This document shows positions 21,101 through 31,244 of a stretch of DNA of 64,000 nt, piece by piece (within the stretch, counting starts at the first letter, position 1; every line of letters starts with the position of its first letter). The position numbers and the translations under genes are program-made. The DNA is from Pelagomonas calceolata (Eukaryota): contig CAKKNE010000001.1 of the NCBI GenBank assembly GCA_918797485.1, positions 6,200,001-6,264,000 on the forward strand, written 5' to 3'. The notes below the pieces were generated by a model that saw only the letters and a list, made by a program, of their open reading frames with translations, was not told the DNA's origin and did not search any database.

Positions 21101-24100
21101 ACCGTCGTGCCCCCGGATGCTGCTTCCCTCGAGGTCGACGCGCGCGGTCTCGCCGTGCACGTGACGCGCGACGACGAGAGCGTCGTGGTCGCGGGCCACC
21201 CCGCGAGCCTCTCCTCCACAAAAGTTTCGGCTGTGCCCGCCAAAGAGGGCCGTTTTGTGGTTGAGGTCGCGGCAGCAGACTCCGAGGCGGTAGCTAAAAC
21301 AAAGCGCTTCGTCGTGACGGCGAACCGGCGGTCGTCGCCAGCCAAGCGCCGTCTTGAGGCGGCGCCCGCCTTCACGGGGTCGCTGGCCACGACGTTCACC
21401 GTATCACAAGGAACCGTCGTGCACCTCGAGGCGTCGGCGGGGACGTTCGAGGGCCCCGGAGCTAAAGGCGCCGGGGCGACGTCCACGGACCTGGGCTCAT
21501 TACGCTACGTCCCGCCCGGCGAGAGTACGGGCGTGGCCCTCCTGCGGGCGTCGCTCGATTCAGTAACCTGGGTCGAGGCCGCCGCGCGGTACGCGCCGCA
21601 AACGGGCGCGCCTTTTTCAATCGAGGCGGCGGTGGCATCCGTCACCACGGACGTCGGCGTGGCGGTGGCGCTGGACTTCACGCTGCGCGGCGGCGGCGAG
21701 TTCGTCGAGGTCGCTTTGGCCGGCGACGGCGTCCTGAGCGTGTCGCCGCACGCCGGCGCGCGCGTCACCGAGAACGCGACGCGCATCGCGGGGATGCCCG
21801 CGGCCGTCGCGGCGACGCTCTCTACTCTGAAGTTCGCACCGGCGACGGCGGGCCCCTCGAAGGTGTCGGCCGCGGTCGGCGACGTCGAGGCATCTATTGA
21901 CGTGCGCGCCGCGGCGCCGCCCCCGCGCATGAAAGCGAAGCACGACGGTGCGACGCGTCTCGCCGAGGACACGCCGGCCAACGTGACGGCGCTGTTCGAG
22001 TTGGTCGATGTAGGTTACGCGCTGCCCGTCGCCGTCCGGGTGACCGCGGCCCACGGAACGATGACCGAGACCATCGTCAAGGGAACTATTGATGCCGTGC
22101 GAGCGGCGCTCTCTACCTTGGAGTACGTCCCGCCGCCGGACTTCGTCGGCGTCGATGTTGTCGAGGCGGCCGTCGCGCTGTCGGAGGGCGTCTGGGGCGA
22201 GGCCGCGCGCACCGTCGTCCAGGTCACGCCCGTCGGCGACGCGCCTATTGTAACGATGGACGCCGAGATGACGGTCGCGGGCGTTGCGCCCGTCTCACTG
22301 CATATAGAGGTGGCCGACGCCGACCGCGACGACGAGCTCGAAGTTGTCGTCGTCGCATCGAACGGCACCGTCTCCTTGTCAAACCACGCCGCCGTGGCGG
22401 CCGGCGCGACCGTGATCGACGGCCCGGATGCGGCCTGGACCGCGCTGCCACAGTGCGGCGGCGAACCCGTTAATGGTTCACAGGTGCGCCTCGCGGGCGA
22501 CGCGGCGCGGCTGCGGCGGGCGCTCGCGGCGGTGACCTACGCGCCGCCATCGTCCGTGGGCATGGATGATGTCCGAGTCATCGTCCGAGACGGCGAGGGG
22601 CGCTGCGCGTCCGCGTCGGCGGACGTCCGGATCACGGCCGCGGCGTCTTCATCATCAACCGTTTCGCACGAGGGCGACGTGTTCATGGAGCTGCTTGAAG
22701 ATACGACGGGAACGCTGCCTCCACTCCAGCTGGAAGGCGCCGGCGCGCTCAACGTTTCGGTCGAGGCGTCGTGCGGCGGCATTTTTGAGCTCGAGGCCGG
22801 CGACGACGTCCGGGTTTGGAGTGAAGGCGCGGCGCTGGGGTTCGAGGCCTCTAACTCAAAAGCCGCCGCGGCCGCGCTCGCGCGCGTCGCGTTCACGCCC
22901 CCTCACAATTTTTACGGCGGCTGGGGCGCGGAGACCTTCGAGGACGCGCGGTCCGACGCCATCAAACGGTTCTGCCGCAGTCTGCGGGAGGACCCGCCGT
23001 CCTTCGCTTTGAAAGTGCGTTCGTCGGGCGATATGGGCTGGACCTCGAAGACGCTCCGCCTGAACGTCCTGCCGCAGAACGACCCGCCCATCTTAACAAT
23101 AGACGGCGCCACGACGGCGGTCGCCGCGGACGCGGACGGGGCCGCGCCCTGGTCGCGCGTCGGGGCAGGCATATCGGTGAGCGACGCGGACGCGGGCCTC
23201 CTCGACGTGCGCGTCGCATCCAAAAAAGGTGCGCTGCGCCTGTCGCCGGCGGCGACGGGCGTCGAAGTCCTGGCGACGCCCTCCACCGAGGTGAGCCTGC
23301 GCGGCCCGCCGCGGGCCGTCGAGCGAGCCTTGCGGGCCGCGCTCGAGTTCCGGCCCGCGGCGCCGGGCGTCTCGACTCTGAACGTCACGGCGCGCGACGG
23401 CGGCGGCTGCGGCGCCGGCCCCGAGGGTATTGCGGAGGCCCAGCTGTCCGTGCGCGCCGCGGGGTCGCGCGTGGGCCTGGCCTGGGCGCCGGGCCAGGTC
23501 AACGCGACGACGGCGGACGTCGTGTCGGTCGCGCCGCGACTCTACGCGAACGGGACCCTCGCGACAAGCGCGGAAGGCGCGGTGCGGCTGGAGGTCCAGG
23601 CCACGAACGGGCGCGTGGCCCTCGGCGAGGACCGGGTCAGGTTCCGGGAGCCGCCTGTCAAGTTCCGGCTCGACGTCGAGAGCGGCCCCGCCGCGCAGAT
23701 GGAGGGCGTTGCCGAGGTCTGGACCGTCTCGACGAGGGCCGACCATGTGTTCGGCCGCCAGCGCATCAAGGTCGAGGCGGCGGCGTCGGGCGACGCCGCC
23801 GAGGCCCTCGGGACGGTCGCGCTCGAGATTGGTTTGACGCACCGCAACCGGACGAGCGCCGCGTTCTTCGAGCTCGGTAGTACTGCTGAGGCGGCCCGGA
23901 CGAACCTGTTGGACGCGCTGGGCGAGGTTGTTACATTAGGCCGCGTGGACGTTTCCGTCGAGTTCTTCGGGGCGTCGAAACCGGGCTTCGGCGCCGCCGA
24001 GATCGAGGTGACGACCTTCCAGAACGAGCCTCTCCCTCTCTTGGACATCTCCGTGGACCGCTGCGGGCCGACGGTCGAGGACGGGACCCTGGTCGAGGGC

Positions 24101-27100
24101 GTGTCGCGGGCGTCGAGTTGCACCGCGCGCGTCGCCGAGATCCAAAAAGCCACGACGACGCCCGACGTCCAGCGCATCTCCATCCGCGCGAACCACACGT
24201 TTGAGGGCGGCACCTTTACGCTCACGTACCGGTCGCCGACGCGGTACGATAAACCGACGTATGCGGACGGCGACTTCGAGACGCGGCCTTTACAATACAA
24301 CGCGACGATCTACGAAGTGCGGGACGCGCTCGAGCAGCTGCCCGGCGTGGGATTGGTCGACGTCCAGCGCATCGCGCGCGACGCGCGCATACCCCTCGCG
24401 AACTACTTCTGGTGCACCGCGCGCGAGAACACGGACGCGCCGACGCTGACGGCGGCGCCCACGTTCAACACGCTGGAACCGTCGGCCAAGCCCTCCCAGA
24501 AACCGTCGCACTCTCAAGCGCCGACGTACCGCACGCTCCAGCCGACCCCGGGCCCGTCGGAGACGCCCACGTCGCTGCCCACGCAGCTCCCTTCGCCTCT
24601 ACCGACGGAGCTGGACGTGGACTGCGACTTCTACGCCGTGGAGAACGCCTGGCAGGTCACGTTCTGGACCGTCGAGGGGCGCGCGCCGCTGCTCGTGGTC
24701 AAGCACACCGAGGGGGCTTCGGAAGAGGGCTACGAACGGTGCCCCGAGTGCGAATACGCTACGAAAGGTGCCCCGAGGGACGCCGTGGGCCCCTTCTACC
24801 ACGAGCGCTACAAGAACGTCAGCGCGACGAACACGCTGTGCTGCCAGAAACTCCGGCCCGCCTGGGACGCGCGCATCGCCGCGGAGGCCGGCGTCGAGCG
24901 GGCCGTCGTCGTGAAGACGCAGGAGGCCTCAATACCGCTCGGGGGCGAGCTCGCGCTGCGCTGGGGCGACCGCACCACTTCCTATGTGTCGGCGACGCGC
25001 GCGCCGGCCGGCCACCTCAAGAGCGCCCTCGAGGCGCTGGACCCCTCGACGCGCGGCGGCATCAAAGTGGAAAGGCTGTCGCGGACGGCCGAGGGCGCGG
25101 CGGCGTGGAGCCTGACCTTCGCGAGCCGCTTCGGGGCCGTCGGACCCATAGGCGTCGACGAAACGAGGTTAGAGGGCGGCCGGGCCGTCGCGCGCCTCGA
25201 CACGCGGGGCCGGGCGCCGCGCGACGTGGGCGTCTATGCCCTGCGCGTGTCCCAGGGCATGGCCCAGGACGGGTTCAGCGCGGCGACGCAGCCCATCTCG
25301 GCGTCGGCGGCGCCGGCGGACGTGGCGGCGGCGCTCGCGGCCGCGGCGGAGGCGGCCGGGATTGCCTCGTTCAACGCGACGGTCGAAACGGCTCCGAAGC
25401 TACGGGCCGCGACGCTGGCGGGGTATGTGGTCGAAATAGGCGGTGGGGATGGCGAGCGCCCCGTGGTAGCTGTCGAGAGCACGCGGGGCCTGCGGAAGGG
25501 CGTCGACGTCGTGCTCACGGCAAGTGACGGTTGGCCGCAACGGGCCTACGCCGTCGCCGTCGACGCGCGCGTACCCGATCCTATCACGGAAGTGCAGCTC
25601 CTAAGGTGTGCGCGGTCGCACGCGGACTCTGAGGATGAGACCTTCACGTTGACGTTCCAGGGCCTCGAGAGCCCTCCCATCAAGTTGGGCGCGGCGCCGA
25701 CGCCGGCCGTACTCCCGGCCTGCCTGGGAACCCTACCTGCCTGCCGGGGCGACGGGTCGACGCTCCTGGAAATCCTCCAGGGTTGGCTCGTGGGCGAGGG
25801 CGTCATTGACACTAAGGACGGCGTCGCTGTCGAGGGGGGCGATCGGCTCTGCGCCGGCCCCATCAACTGTCTCACAAATGAATGCACCAAGGCCCAGAAC
25901 GCGACGCTCTACGGGGGCTGGGGCCTGCGCGCGCCGGCCGAGACGCGGATCCGCGTGCCGGGCCTGGCGGGCGACGTCGAGCCCTTCGCGGCGCGGACGA
26001 CATACACGTCCCTGAATCCGTGGAACCGCGGGCCGGGCCTCACGAACGGCACCTTTGTGACGATTACGGAGGAGCTCCGGGGCCTCGCGCCGCTCGTGGC
26101 CGAGGTCCAGACCGTCGAAACGTCCGCGACCCCGACCGAGGCGCCCACCTTCGAGACGGAGGCGCCGACGTTCGAAACGGAGGCGCCGACCTACGGAACG
26201 GGCGTGCCTTCGCAGCAACCGACCGTGATGGACACTTCAGGAATCCACGGCGTCTTCCGCCTGGGGTTCCGGGGCGCCGCGACGATTCCGCTGCCGCACG
26301 ACGCCTCGGCGCGACAGATGGAGGACGCGCTCAACGCGCTCGGCACGAACGTGACCGTGACGCGCGTCGCGCTTGGTACGAACAGCTACCGCTGGCGCGT
26401 GACCTTTGCGGCGGGCGGCGGCGACCTGCCCCTCCTCTCGAACCCGTCGGCGACCTGTGGCGACTCCGGCGCGGAGGAGTGCCACCTGCGCGTCGGCGAG
26501 GCGTTTTCGTCCTTAGTGGAGCCGCCGTACGGCCGGCCCGCCTCCGTCACGATCACTGAGGTGCGACGCGGCGCAGCGTCGGTCTGGGGCTCGTTCCGCC
26601 TGCGGGCGACGCCGCCGTTCCGGCGCGGCGCCGCGACGTCGGACCTCAGGGTGGACGTGGGGCCCGTGGCCCTGGAGGCGTCTCTGAGAAGGCTGCCCGG
26701 CTGCGCGGCGGCGACCGTCTCCATGAGAAACGCGTCGTACTGGGTCGTCGACGGCCTCGACGACGGCGTGGCCCTCGCGGTAGACGCGGATCAACTCAAA
26801 AGTAGCGTCGACTGCGCGACGTGCACCGAAAGTACCTGGGCCGGCTGCGCGGATTGTATCGATCCCACGGTCAACGTGCGCCGGCTCGTTGATCATGCCG
26901 TCGTGACGGGCGCGCCGGACGCCGTCGCGGCCGTCCTCTCGAAGGCGACGTACGTCCCCGAGGTCGCTTCGGTGAAAGGCGGCCTCGGGCGCGTCGCCTA
27001 CGAGGTGACGAGCGGTGAAGCCTCCTCAAAAGTCGAGGGGCGCGTGTTCGTCGAGGCGACGGCGACGCCGCCGTCGCTCGAGGCGCCCGCGGTCGCGTTC

Positions 27101-30100
27101 GCTGACGAGGGGCGCCGCGCGCCCATCGACGGCATCGCAACGCGTGGGACGCGGGCGGCCGTCACCCTCGAGGCGGACGGCGGTATTTTATCAGTAGCGC
27201 CCGTGCGAGGCGCCGCCGTGGCCGAGGACGGCCCGAGCGTATCTATCAATGGGCCCTCCGACCGAGTCAACGCCGCCCTGGCGACGTTGACCTACGAGGC
27301 GCCTCCTTCATATCATTCCGACCGCCTCGCCAGGGAAGTGCAGGTGGTCCGGGCCTACGCGCCGCCCTCCCTTTTTATGTTTGCCGTGCGGACCTGGGCC
27401 ACGGGCAACGCGTTGGTTGACGGGACCTTCACGCTTCGTTTGAACTGCGACTACCTGATCGACGACGTGAAGGAGGCCATCATCCTTCATCATGGAACCA
27501 AGAACGGCAGCCGCTTCGATCCCGTGCACCCGAACGCGTCGATGGGCCTCGCCGGCGTCTACGCGCGCGTCGAGCGGCGCCTCGCGAACCGGACCGTCGA
27601 CATTACTATCGACGCGGACGCCGCGGCGCGCGGTGCGGGCGCCGCGCGGGACGCCGGCGGGGACGCGGAGGATATCAGAAGAGGCGATGGCGGCAACAAG
27701 CACAACGTCTCGTTCGAGGGCAAGCTGCGCGAGGGGTTCGATGCCTGCGCGCGCGACGCGTTGACCGTGGCCGGCGCCCAGGCCGAGTTCGACGACTGGC
27801 TCGTGGCGAAGCCGAATGTGACGAGCTTCTTCGGGCAGGTGCTCGGCGTGAGCGTTATTCGGGCCCCCGTCGACATGGACGCGTGCGTGCGGCGCGGCCT
27901 CCAGCACGCGTGCGGCTACGACTGGGAGGTGACCGTCGCCGGCGCACCATCAAGCTTCCGGGCGCCCGCCGTAGTGCGGGACGGGAGCAATAAACCAGTT
28001 GGCATGACCGTGAAACAAAAGTTCGCGGCGTCGTGCGGGGCGGGAGAGTGCAACCTCGCCATGGCCGCCGACGCGACGAGCGACGTGTCCGTGCGGACGA
28101 CGCGCCGGAGCGTCGCCGCCGCCAGCGAGCTGACGCTGGCCTTCGCGGGCGCCTCGACGCCGCCGCTGCGCGCGGATGCGAGCGCTTCTGTTATTGAAGC
28201 GGCGCTCGGCGCGCTGCCGACGGTCACGGGCGTGCGCGTGGCCCGGGACGACGAAGCCGCGCGCCGCGACGGCGGCCGTGCCTGGGCTGTGGAATTCGAC
28301 CACCTCGGGCCCCAACCGTTGCTGCGAGCGACGGCGACGGGCGGCGCGGCCGTCGTCGTGTCGCGCAAGCGCGCGGGCGCGGCAACTTTTAAAAGAATCA
28401 CGGCGCGCGTCGAGGGCGGCAACGCGGAGGTTATCGAGGTGGTGGTCCGGCCCAAGGTCAAGGCGCCCAAGCTGCGCCTCGCCGCTGCAGAGGTCGTGGC
28501 GGGTCGTGAGGATGAGGTGGTCGCGGGTCTGTTCGGCGGCGTCGAGGTGGAGGCGGCTGGCGTCGTGGCCGTCGAGGCGGCGTGCGAGCGGGGACCTTGT
28601 GCGTTCCTGGTGCCCACGCACGACGGCGTCGAGGCCGTCTTGGCGGCAAACTCGGTGCGCCTGCGCGGCGTTGGTCCGAGCATTCAGAGGGTGCTGCGGA
28701 ATACTTCACTGATACCGGGTGCTGATGTTGATGGTGTTGATGTCGCGGTGCTCTCGGTGGCCGAGGGCAACAGCGTGTCGCGCGCGTTCTTGCTCGAGGC
28801 CGTCAACGACGCGCCCTCGATCGACGCGGGGCCATTAGGCGAGCACCTGGAGCTGCCGCGGCGGCGGGTCCTGCTCAACGGGTTCGTTGTGAGTGACGTG
28901 GACGATGACACGTTGCTGCTCACGCTGGCGGCCGCGCGCGGCACGCTGACCATGGCGCGGGCGGCAAGGCGAACGCTTGCTCGGTGGAGTGCGGGCGACG
29001 GCGACGGCCAGCACGCAAAACTCGAGGCGCGCGGCGCCGTTGAGGCATGGAACAATGCGCTAAATTACGTGGAGTACGAACCGCCCGCCGACGACGTCGA
29101 TGACGTCGTCACGCTGACGGCGGCCGACAATGCTTCGTCAGTGACACAGACAGTCTCCATCAGCGTCACGGGCGCGGCCTCTTGCGCCGCCCGCATGCTT
29201 CTCAAGGCGCAGCGAAAGTTCGCGGCGCTCGTGCGCCCAGACGCCGTGGGGGCAGCTCTCGAGGCTAAGGTAGTGACGGAGGGCGCTGTGGTGTCGCTGG
29301 ACTTCTCGCTCGACGCGCCCTGTGGGAGGCAAGCGCGGTTTGTGGCCGTCGTTGCGCCCGAGAGCGGCCGCGTACGCCCGGCGGACGCCGTCGATTTGAG
29401 CTTCGCTAGCTTCGATGATCTTGCGAAGGGTGCGATGCGGATAGAGGCGGAAACGGCCGGCGCACTCGAGAAGGCGCTCGGGCTGCTCGTCTACGAGCCG
29501 CCGCGCGACGTCGACGGCATGGTGTCCATGACGGTCGCCGTCGAGGCGACGGGCGGCGACGCGACGGGCGTGCTCGAAACGGAGTGGTGGTTCCGTATTG
29601 AATCAAGGGATGACGCGCCTACTGTAAGTGTGGATGTCTTCGACGACACCTTAATAGTGGACGCGGTCGTCGCGCGCGCCGGCGCTTCTACGGACGTCGT
29701 CGCGGCCGAGGCGGCGTCGACGACTGGTCCCGCGTTCGCCAAGGGCGCCTGGAGCGTCGAGGACGAGGCGGACTTTGTCAGCGTGGCCGTGGAGGTCGCG
29801 GGCGACGTGGCGCTCTTCCTGAGCGTCGAGGAGGGCTGCCGGCGGGACGCCTGCGGCGCTTTGCATTTTGGGAATGGGACAAGGAGCGGCAGATCGTTTT
29901 CCTTCGCGGCGAGTCCGTCCGACGCGATGAAGGCTCTGGACGCGCTGCGCGTCGTGGCCGTCGCCGACGACTGCTGGCGCGCGCGCGACGACGCCGCGGC
30001 CGACAAAGCCAGGGCGGGCGCGCTGACCGTCTCCGTCGAAGACGCGGGCGGGCAGCGGGCGACGCGGACCGTGCAAATTTCCGCGCGGCCACCGCGGCCA

Positions 30101-30388
30101 GGCGCGCTTTCTGTGGCGGCCTCGGGCGGCGTGGTGGATGTAGCCGAGGACGGCCGCGCGTTGATCAGCGGCGTCAGCGTCGCCGGCGGGCTCGGGACGG
30201 TCGATGGGTGTGGGGACAACGAGGTGGTGACGGTGCAGATCTCGGCGCGGTCCGGCCGTGTCGGCTCCGTGGGGAACTTCGTGGGCGTCGTCGTGGACCG
30301 CGTCGGTTCTGCGCTGCGCTTGCGCGGGCCGCGGAAGGCGGTTCAGGGGGTTCTTGATTCTTCGTTGCCCTCGGTGGCGACGTCGTAA
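18101..30388 (+). CDS. Giant (4095 aa) secreted adhesin-like protein with cadherin/Ig-like repeats, EVQ-type repeats and Pro/Thr stalks
   Basis: Signal peptide; repeated (V/A)NDAP/DDAP motifs preceded by L.Y.PP.D..G; central EVQ...GTF.L.F...DASA..ALEAL...W.VTF modules; uninterrupted 12.3-kb ORF. Confidence 0.8.
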   Translation: MMRLAAFVAVALAAEELPRYATTKSPNQPPSISYSGPKVAVDEGERFDLNIDVSDADVDEDYAGQLDVVCAGGRLDVSSKAGLRFRDAADGVAFRGPQAFVRKALQPLVYTAPSKGRGGDATIRCTVDDLGYSGVGGPRNATVAIPITIKNVNDAPIINAPAMLEVRGEEPLPISMVDPDSDVLSLTLRASHGALRWAGGDAASVLEASGSSDRLAERLLSLTYVPPPGYDGLATVSVTADDREAQTSMTIALRVRRDDAKPVLSLQAIKARRGEPTKVLRATVEGDADAVLQVKVVADNGALTLPEAPPGAYVRTRSGTEVAFDAGPGAVASTLAATTYDGDAGVIRVSIDGDETSVNIEIEEKEEAVTLVRDEPIVIAHLKTNGAIKTEEDTNATFAITLVAKGSTIHEVEVTGNRLGVVDFGREEHGNIHKRTRRGVWVRGNATMVNDVLTSLVFAPAADRHGTAYVDLSLDGVTTTPLPCVVRAVADPLVVAWGEAVPGDFLPPLMIDDADDADGLFEVLLKGDVEAPAVPGVYQSKTEAGLLLKGGLARLPLDRLTGKGRVEATVACGDRSSKATLVAHASSSKATAHAFDDGGAAVVVGSEDESLALDLRLRAGGDPTAGLEVVIEAGVGSLTVVNKPPGVDVVDDEYVTLRASAADLNTGLKALRYAPPEDWHGTDLVNATLKDLKGNYISARSLLVTIDAVDDAPRITTNNFQASTPSTRLDDAISVEDVDDGGLVRVALTPKLGSLTLKRPALAGVTIEEGAGLIILGAADRVSDALRRIDYVYPRATSEDDLIAIRAADVDGQLAEGLFSVDEVVVRRPDQINGRPVLTLERSSIKATEGDRVALPRCVVDDHEAAAFSQTVHVVLHAMQSNARFLVVDTEGVEVLNEDNVLRLTGTPALLTEVLDRVSVAYPAAWCGADVVTYAASDGEGLRARNATVAVSLEAANDAPLVTLEASDATASVGDAVVVAATFSDNDANGCGDAIIKATYTVVPPDAASLEVDARGLAVHVTRDDESVVVAGHPASLSSTKVSAVPAKEGRFVVEVAAADSEAVAKTKRFVVTANRRSSPAKRRLEAAPAFTGSLATTFTVSQGTVVHLEASAGTFEGPGAKGAGATSTDLGSLRYVPPGESTGVALLRASLDSVTWVEAAARYAPQTGAPFSIEAAVASVTTDVGVAVALDFTLRGGGEFVEVALAGDGVLSVSPHAGARVTENATRIAGMPAAVAATLSTLKFAPATAGPSKVSAAVGDVEASIDVRAAAPPPRMKAKHDGATRLAEDTPANVTALFELVDVGYALPVAVRVTAAHGTMTETIVKGTIDAVRAALSTLEYVPPPDFVGVDVVEAAVALSEGVWGEAARTVVQVTPVGDAPIVTMDAEMTVAGVAPVSLHIEVADADRDDELEVVVVASNGTVSLSNHAAVAAGATVIDGPDAAWTALPQCGGEPVNGSQVRLAGDAARLRRALAAVTYAPPSSVGMDDVRVIVRDGEGRCASASADVRITAAASSSSTVSHEGDVFMELLEDTTGTLPPLQLEGAGALNVSVEASCGGIFELEAGDDVRVWSEGAALGFEASNSKAAAAALARVAFTPPHNFYGGWGAETFEDARSDAIKRFCRSLREDPPSFALKVRSSGDMGWTSKTLRLNVLPQNDPPILTIDGATTAVAADADGAAPWSRVGAGISVSDADAGLLDVRVASKKGALRLSPAATGVEVLATPSTEVSLRGPPRAVERALRAALEFRPAAPGVSTLNVTARDGGGCGAGPEGIAEAQLSVRAAGSRVGLAWAPGQVNATTADVVSVAPRLYANGTLATSAEGAVRLEVQATNGRVALGEDRVRFREPPVKFRLDVESGPAAQMEGVAEVWTVSTRADHVFGRQRIKVEAAASGDAAEALGTVALEIGLTHRNRTSAAFFELGSTAEAARTNLLDALGEVVTLGRVDVSVEFFGASKPGFGAAEIEVTTFQNEPLPLLDISVDRCGPTVEDGTLVEGVSRASSCTARVAEIQKATTTPDVQRISIRANHTFEGGTFTLTYRSPTRYDKPTYADGDFETRPLQYNATIYEVRDALEQLPGVGLVDVQRIARDARIPLANYFWCTARENTDAPTLTAAPTFNTLEPSAKPSQKPSHSQAPTYRTLQPTPGPSETPTSLPTQLPSPLPTELDVDCDFYAVENAWQVTFWTVEGRAPLLVVKHTEGASEEGYERCPECEYATKGAPRDAVGPFYHERYKNVSATNTLCCQKLRPAWDARIAAEAGVERAVVVKTQEASIPLGGELALRWGDRTTSYVSATRAPAGHLKSALEALDPSTRGGIKVERLSRTAEGAAAWSLTFASRFGAVGPIGVDETRLEGGRAVARLDTRGRAPRDVGVYALRVSQGMAQDGFSAATQPISASAAPADVAAALAAAAEAAGIASFNATVETAPKLRAATLAGYVVEIGGGDGERPVVAVESTRGLRKGVDVVLTASDGWPQRAYAVAVDARVPDPITEVQLLRCARSHADSEDETFTLTFQGLESPPIKLGAAPTPAVLPACLGTLPACRGDGSTLLEILQGWLVGEGVIDTKDGVAVEGGDRLCAGPINCLTNECTKAQNATLYGGWGLRAPAETRIRVPGLAGDVEPFAARTTYTSLNPWNRGPGLTNGTFVTITEELRGLAPLVAEVQTVETSATPTEAPTFETEAPTFETEAPTYGTGVPSQQPTVMDTSGIHGVFRLGFRGAATIPLPHDASARQMEDALNALGTNVTVTRVALGTNSYRWRVTFAAGGGDLPLLSNPSATCGDSGAEECHLRVGEAFSSLVEPPYGRPASVTITEVRRGAASVWGSFRLRATPPFRRGAATSDLRVDVGPVALEASLRRLPGCAAATVSMRNASYWVVDGLDDGVALAVDADQLKSSVDCATCTESTWAGCADCIDPTVNVRRLVDHAVVTGAPDAVAAVLSKATYVPEVASVKGGLGRVAYEVTSGEASSKVEGRVFVEATATPPSLEAPAVAFADEGRRAPIDGIATRGTRAAVTLEADGGILSVAPVRGAAVAEDGPSVSINGPSDRVNAALATLTYEAPPSYHSDRLAREVQVVRAYAPPSLFMFAVRTWATGNALVDGTFTLRLNCDYLIDDVKEAIILHHGTKNGSRFDPVHPNASMGLAGVYARVERRLANRTVDITIDADAAARGAGAARDAGGDAEDIRRGDGGNKHNVSFEGKLREGFDACARDALTVAGAQAEFDDWLVAKPNVTSFFGQVLGVSVIRAPVDMDACVRRGLQHACGYDWEVTVAGAPSSFRAPAVVRDGSNKPVGMTVKQKFAASCGAGECNLAMAADATSDVSVRTTRRSVAAASELTLAFAGASTPPLRADASASVIEAALGALPTVTGVRVARDDEAARRDGGRAWAVEFDHLGPQPLLRATATGGAAVVVSRKRAGAATFKRITARVEGGNAEVIEVVVRPKVKAPKLRLAAAEVVAGREDEVVAGLFGGVEVEAAGVVAVEAACERGPCAFLVPTHDGVEAVLAANSVRLRGVGPSIQRVLRNTSLIPGADVDGVDVAVLSVAEGNSVSRAFLLEAVNDAPSIDAGPLGEHLELPRRRVLLNGFVVSDVDDDTLLLTLAAARGTLTMARAARRTLARWSAGDGDGQHAKLEARGAVEAWNNALNYVEYEPPADDVDDVVTLTAADNASSVTQTVSISVTGAASCAARMLLKAQRKFAALVRPDAVGAALEAKVVTEGAVVSLDFSLDAPCGRQARFVAVVAPESGRVRPADAVDLSFASFDDLAKGAMRIEAETAGALEKALGLLVYEPPRDVDGMVSMTVAVEATGGDATGVLETEWWFRIESRDDAPTVSVDVFDDTLIVDAVVARAGASTDVVAAEAASTTGPAFAKGAWSVEDEADFVSVAVEVAGDVALFLSVEEGCRRDACGALHFGNGTRSGRSFSFAASPSDAMKALDALRVVAVADDCWRARDDAAADKARAGALTVSVEDAGGQRATRTVQISARPPRPGALSVAASGGVVDVAEDGRALISGVSVAGGLGTVDGCGDNEVVTVQISARSGRVGSVGNFVGVVVDRVGSALRLRGPRKAVQGVLDSSLPSVATS
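26137..26192 (+). repeat. 21-bp coding tandem repeat (TEAPTFE x~3)
   Basis: gaggcgcc(c/g)ac units at 21-bp spacing. Confidence 0.8.
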
Positions 30389-30692
30389 CTAGTTTATGCT
30401 TGTATCTATGCAAATAGCTATAGTCAATTCGGGTTGCGGGGGCGCGCGCAAGGGTTGACGGGGGAGCTAGTATCTATTGTGTCTCAGTAGGAGACGGGTT
30501 TTCAAGGGCGTTTCGCGTCTGCTTGGGAGTCTCCTGCAATCGGTTTACCGATACTCTCTCGATTCCGTCGATTCCGAGACGCCGAGTCTATCTTGAGCAG
30601 CACTCACTGCTCGAAACCCAGTGGACCAAACTCCTGGCCACACGAGTCACTGTGCCTCATCGGCTTACAAAGCTTACTCAGGTCCCACACCA

Positions 30693-31244
30693 ATGGCTCA
30701 CTCATTGTCCAGCGTCGTCGCGGCGCTGTGCCTGACGCTCGGCGGCGCGTTCGGCCCGTTCGCGAAGTGCGACGGGACGTGCTACGAGAACCGCTGTGAC
30801 AACTGCATGGACGCCCCTCCCGCCAACTGCCCGCCAAGTCCGCTTTGTCCTTCTCCAACGATTTGTCCGCGGTTCTACAAGATCACCGATAAGGGCACTT
30901 TCGCGTGCTTCCCGGAAGACGGTAAGGCGTGCGGCTCATGTTCCCGCGTCGGGGACCAGGGCTACCTCTTCGAGCAGTTCAGCTTTCCGAACCCGTGGCA
31001 GACCTGCGTGATAGACCCGTTCTCGTCTATCGACCCGTACCGGCCGCAGCAGTATTGGATCTTCGACGCGGATCCGGACACGAAGGTCGTCCACTACAGA
31101 TACTACACGGACCCGGACTGCACGATCCCGGATCTGACGCACGCCTTAGACGACCCGTACGCCACGGGGCCCTGCGTGCCGATGAAGGATTGCACCTTCG
31201 AGCCCGATTGCTTCTGCCTCTCGCATCTGACGAGCTTTCTCTAG
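30693..31244 (+). CDS. Cysteine-rich secreted protein
   Basis: Signal peptide MAHSLSSVVAALCLTLGGAFG; many Cys in 183 aa. Confidence 0.65.
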   Translation: MAHSLSSVVAALCLTLGGAFGPFAKCDGTCYENRCDNCMDAPPANCPPSPLCPSPTICPRFYKITDKGTFACFPEDGKACGSCSRVGDQGYLFEQFSFPNPWQTCVIDPFSSIDPYRPQQYWIFDADPDTKVVHYRYYTDPDCTIPDLTHALDDPYATGPCVPMKDCTFEPDCFCLSHLTSFL

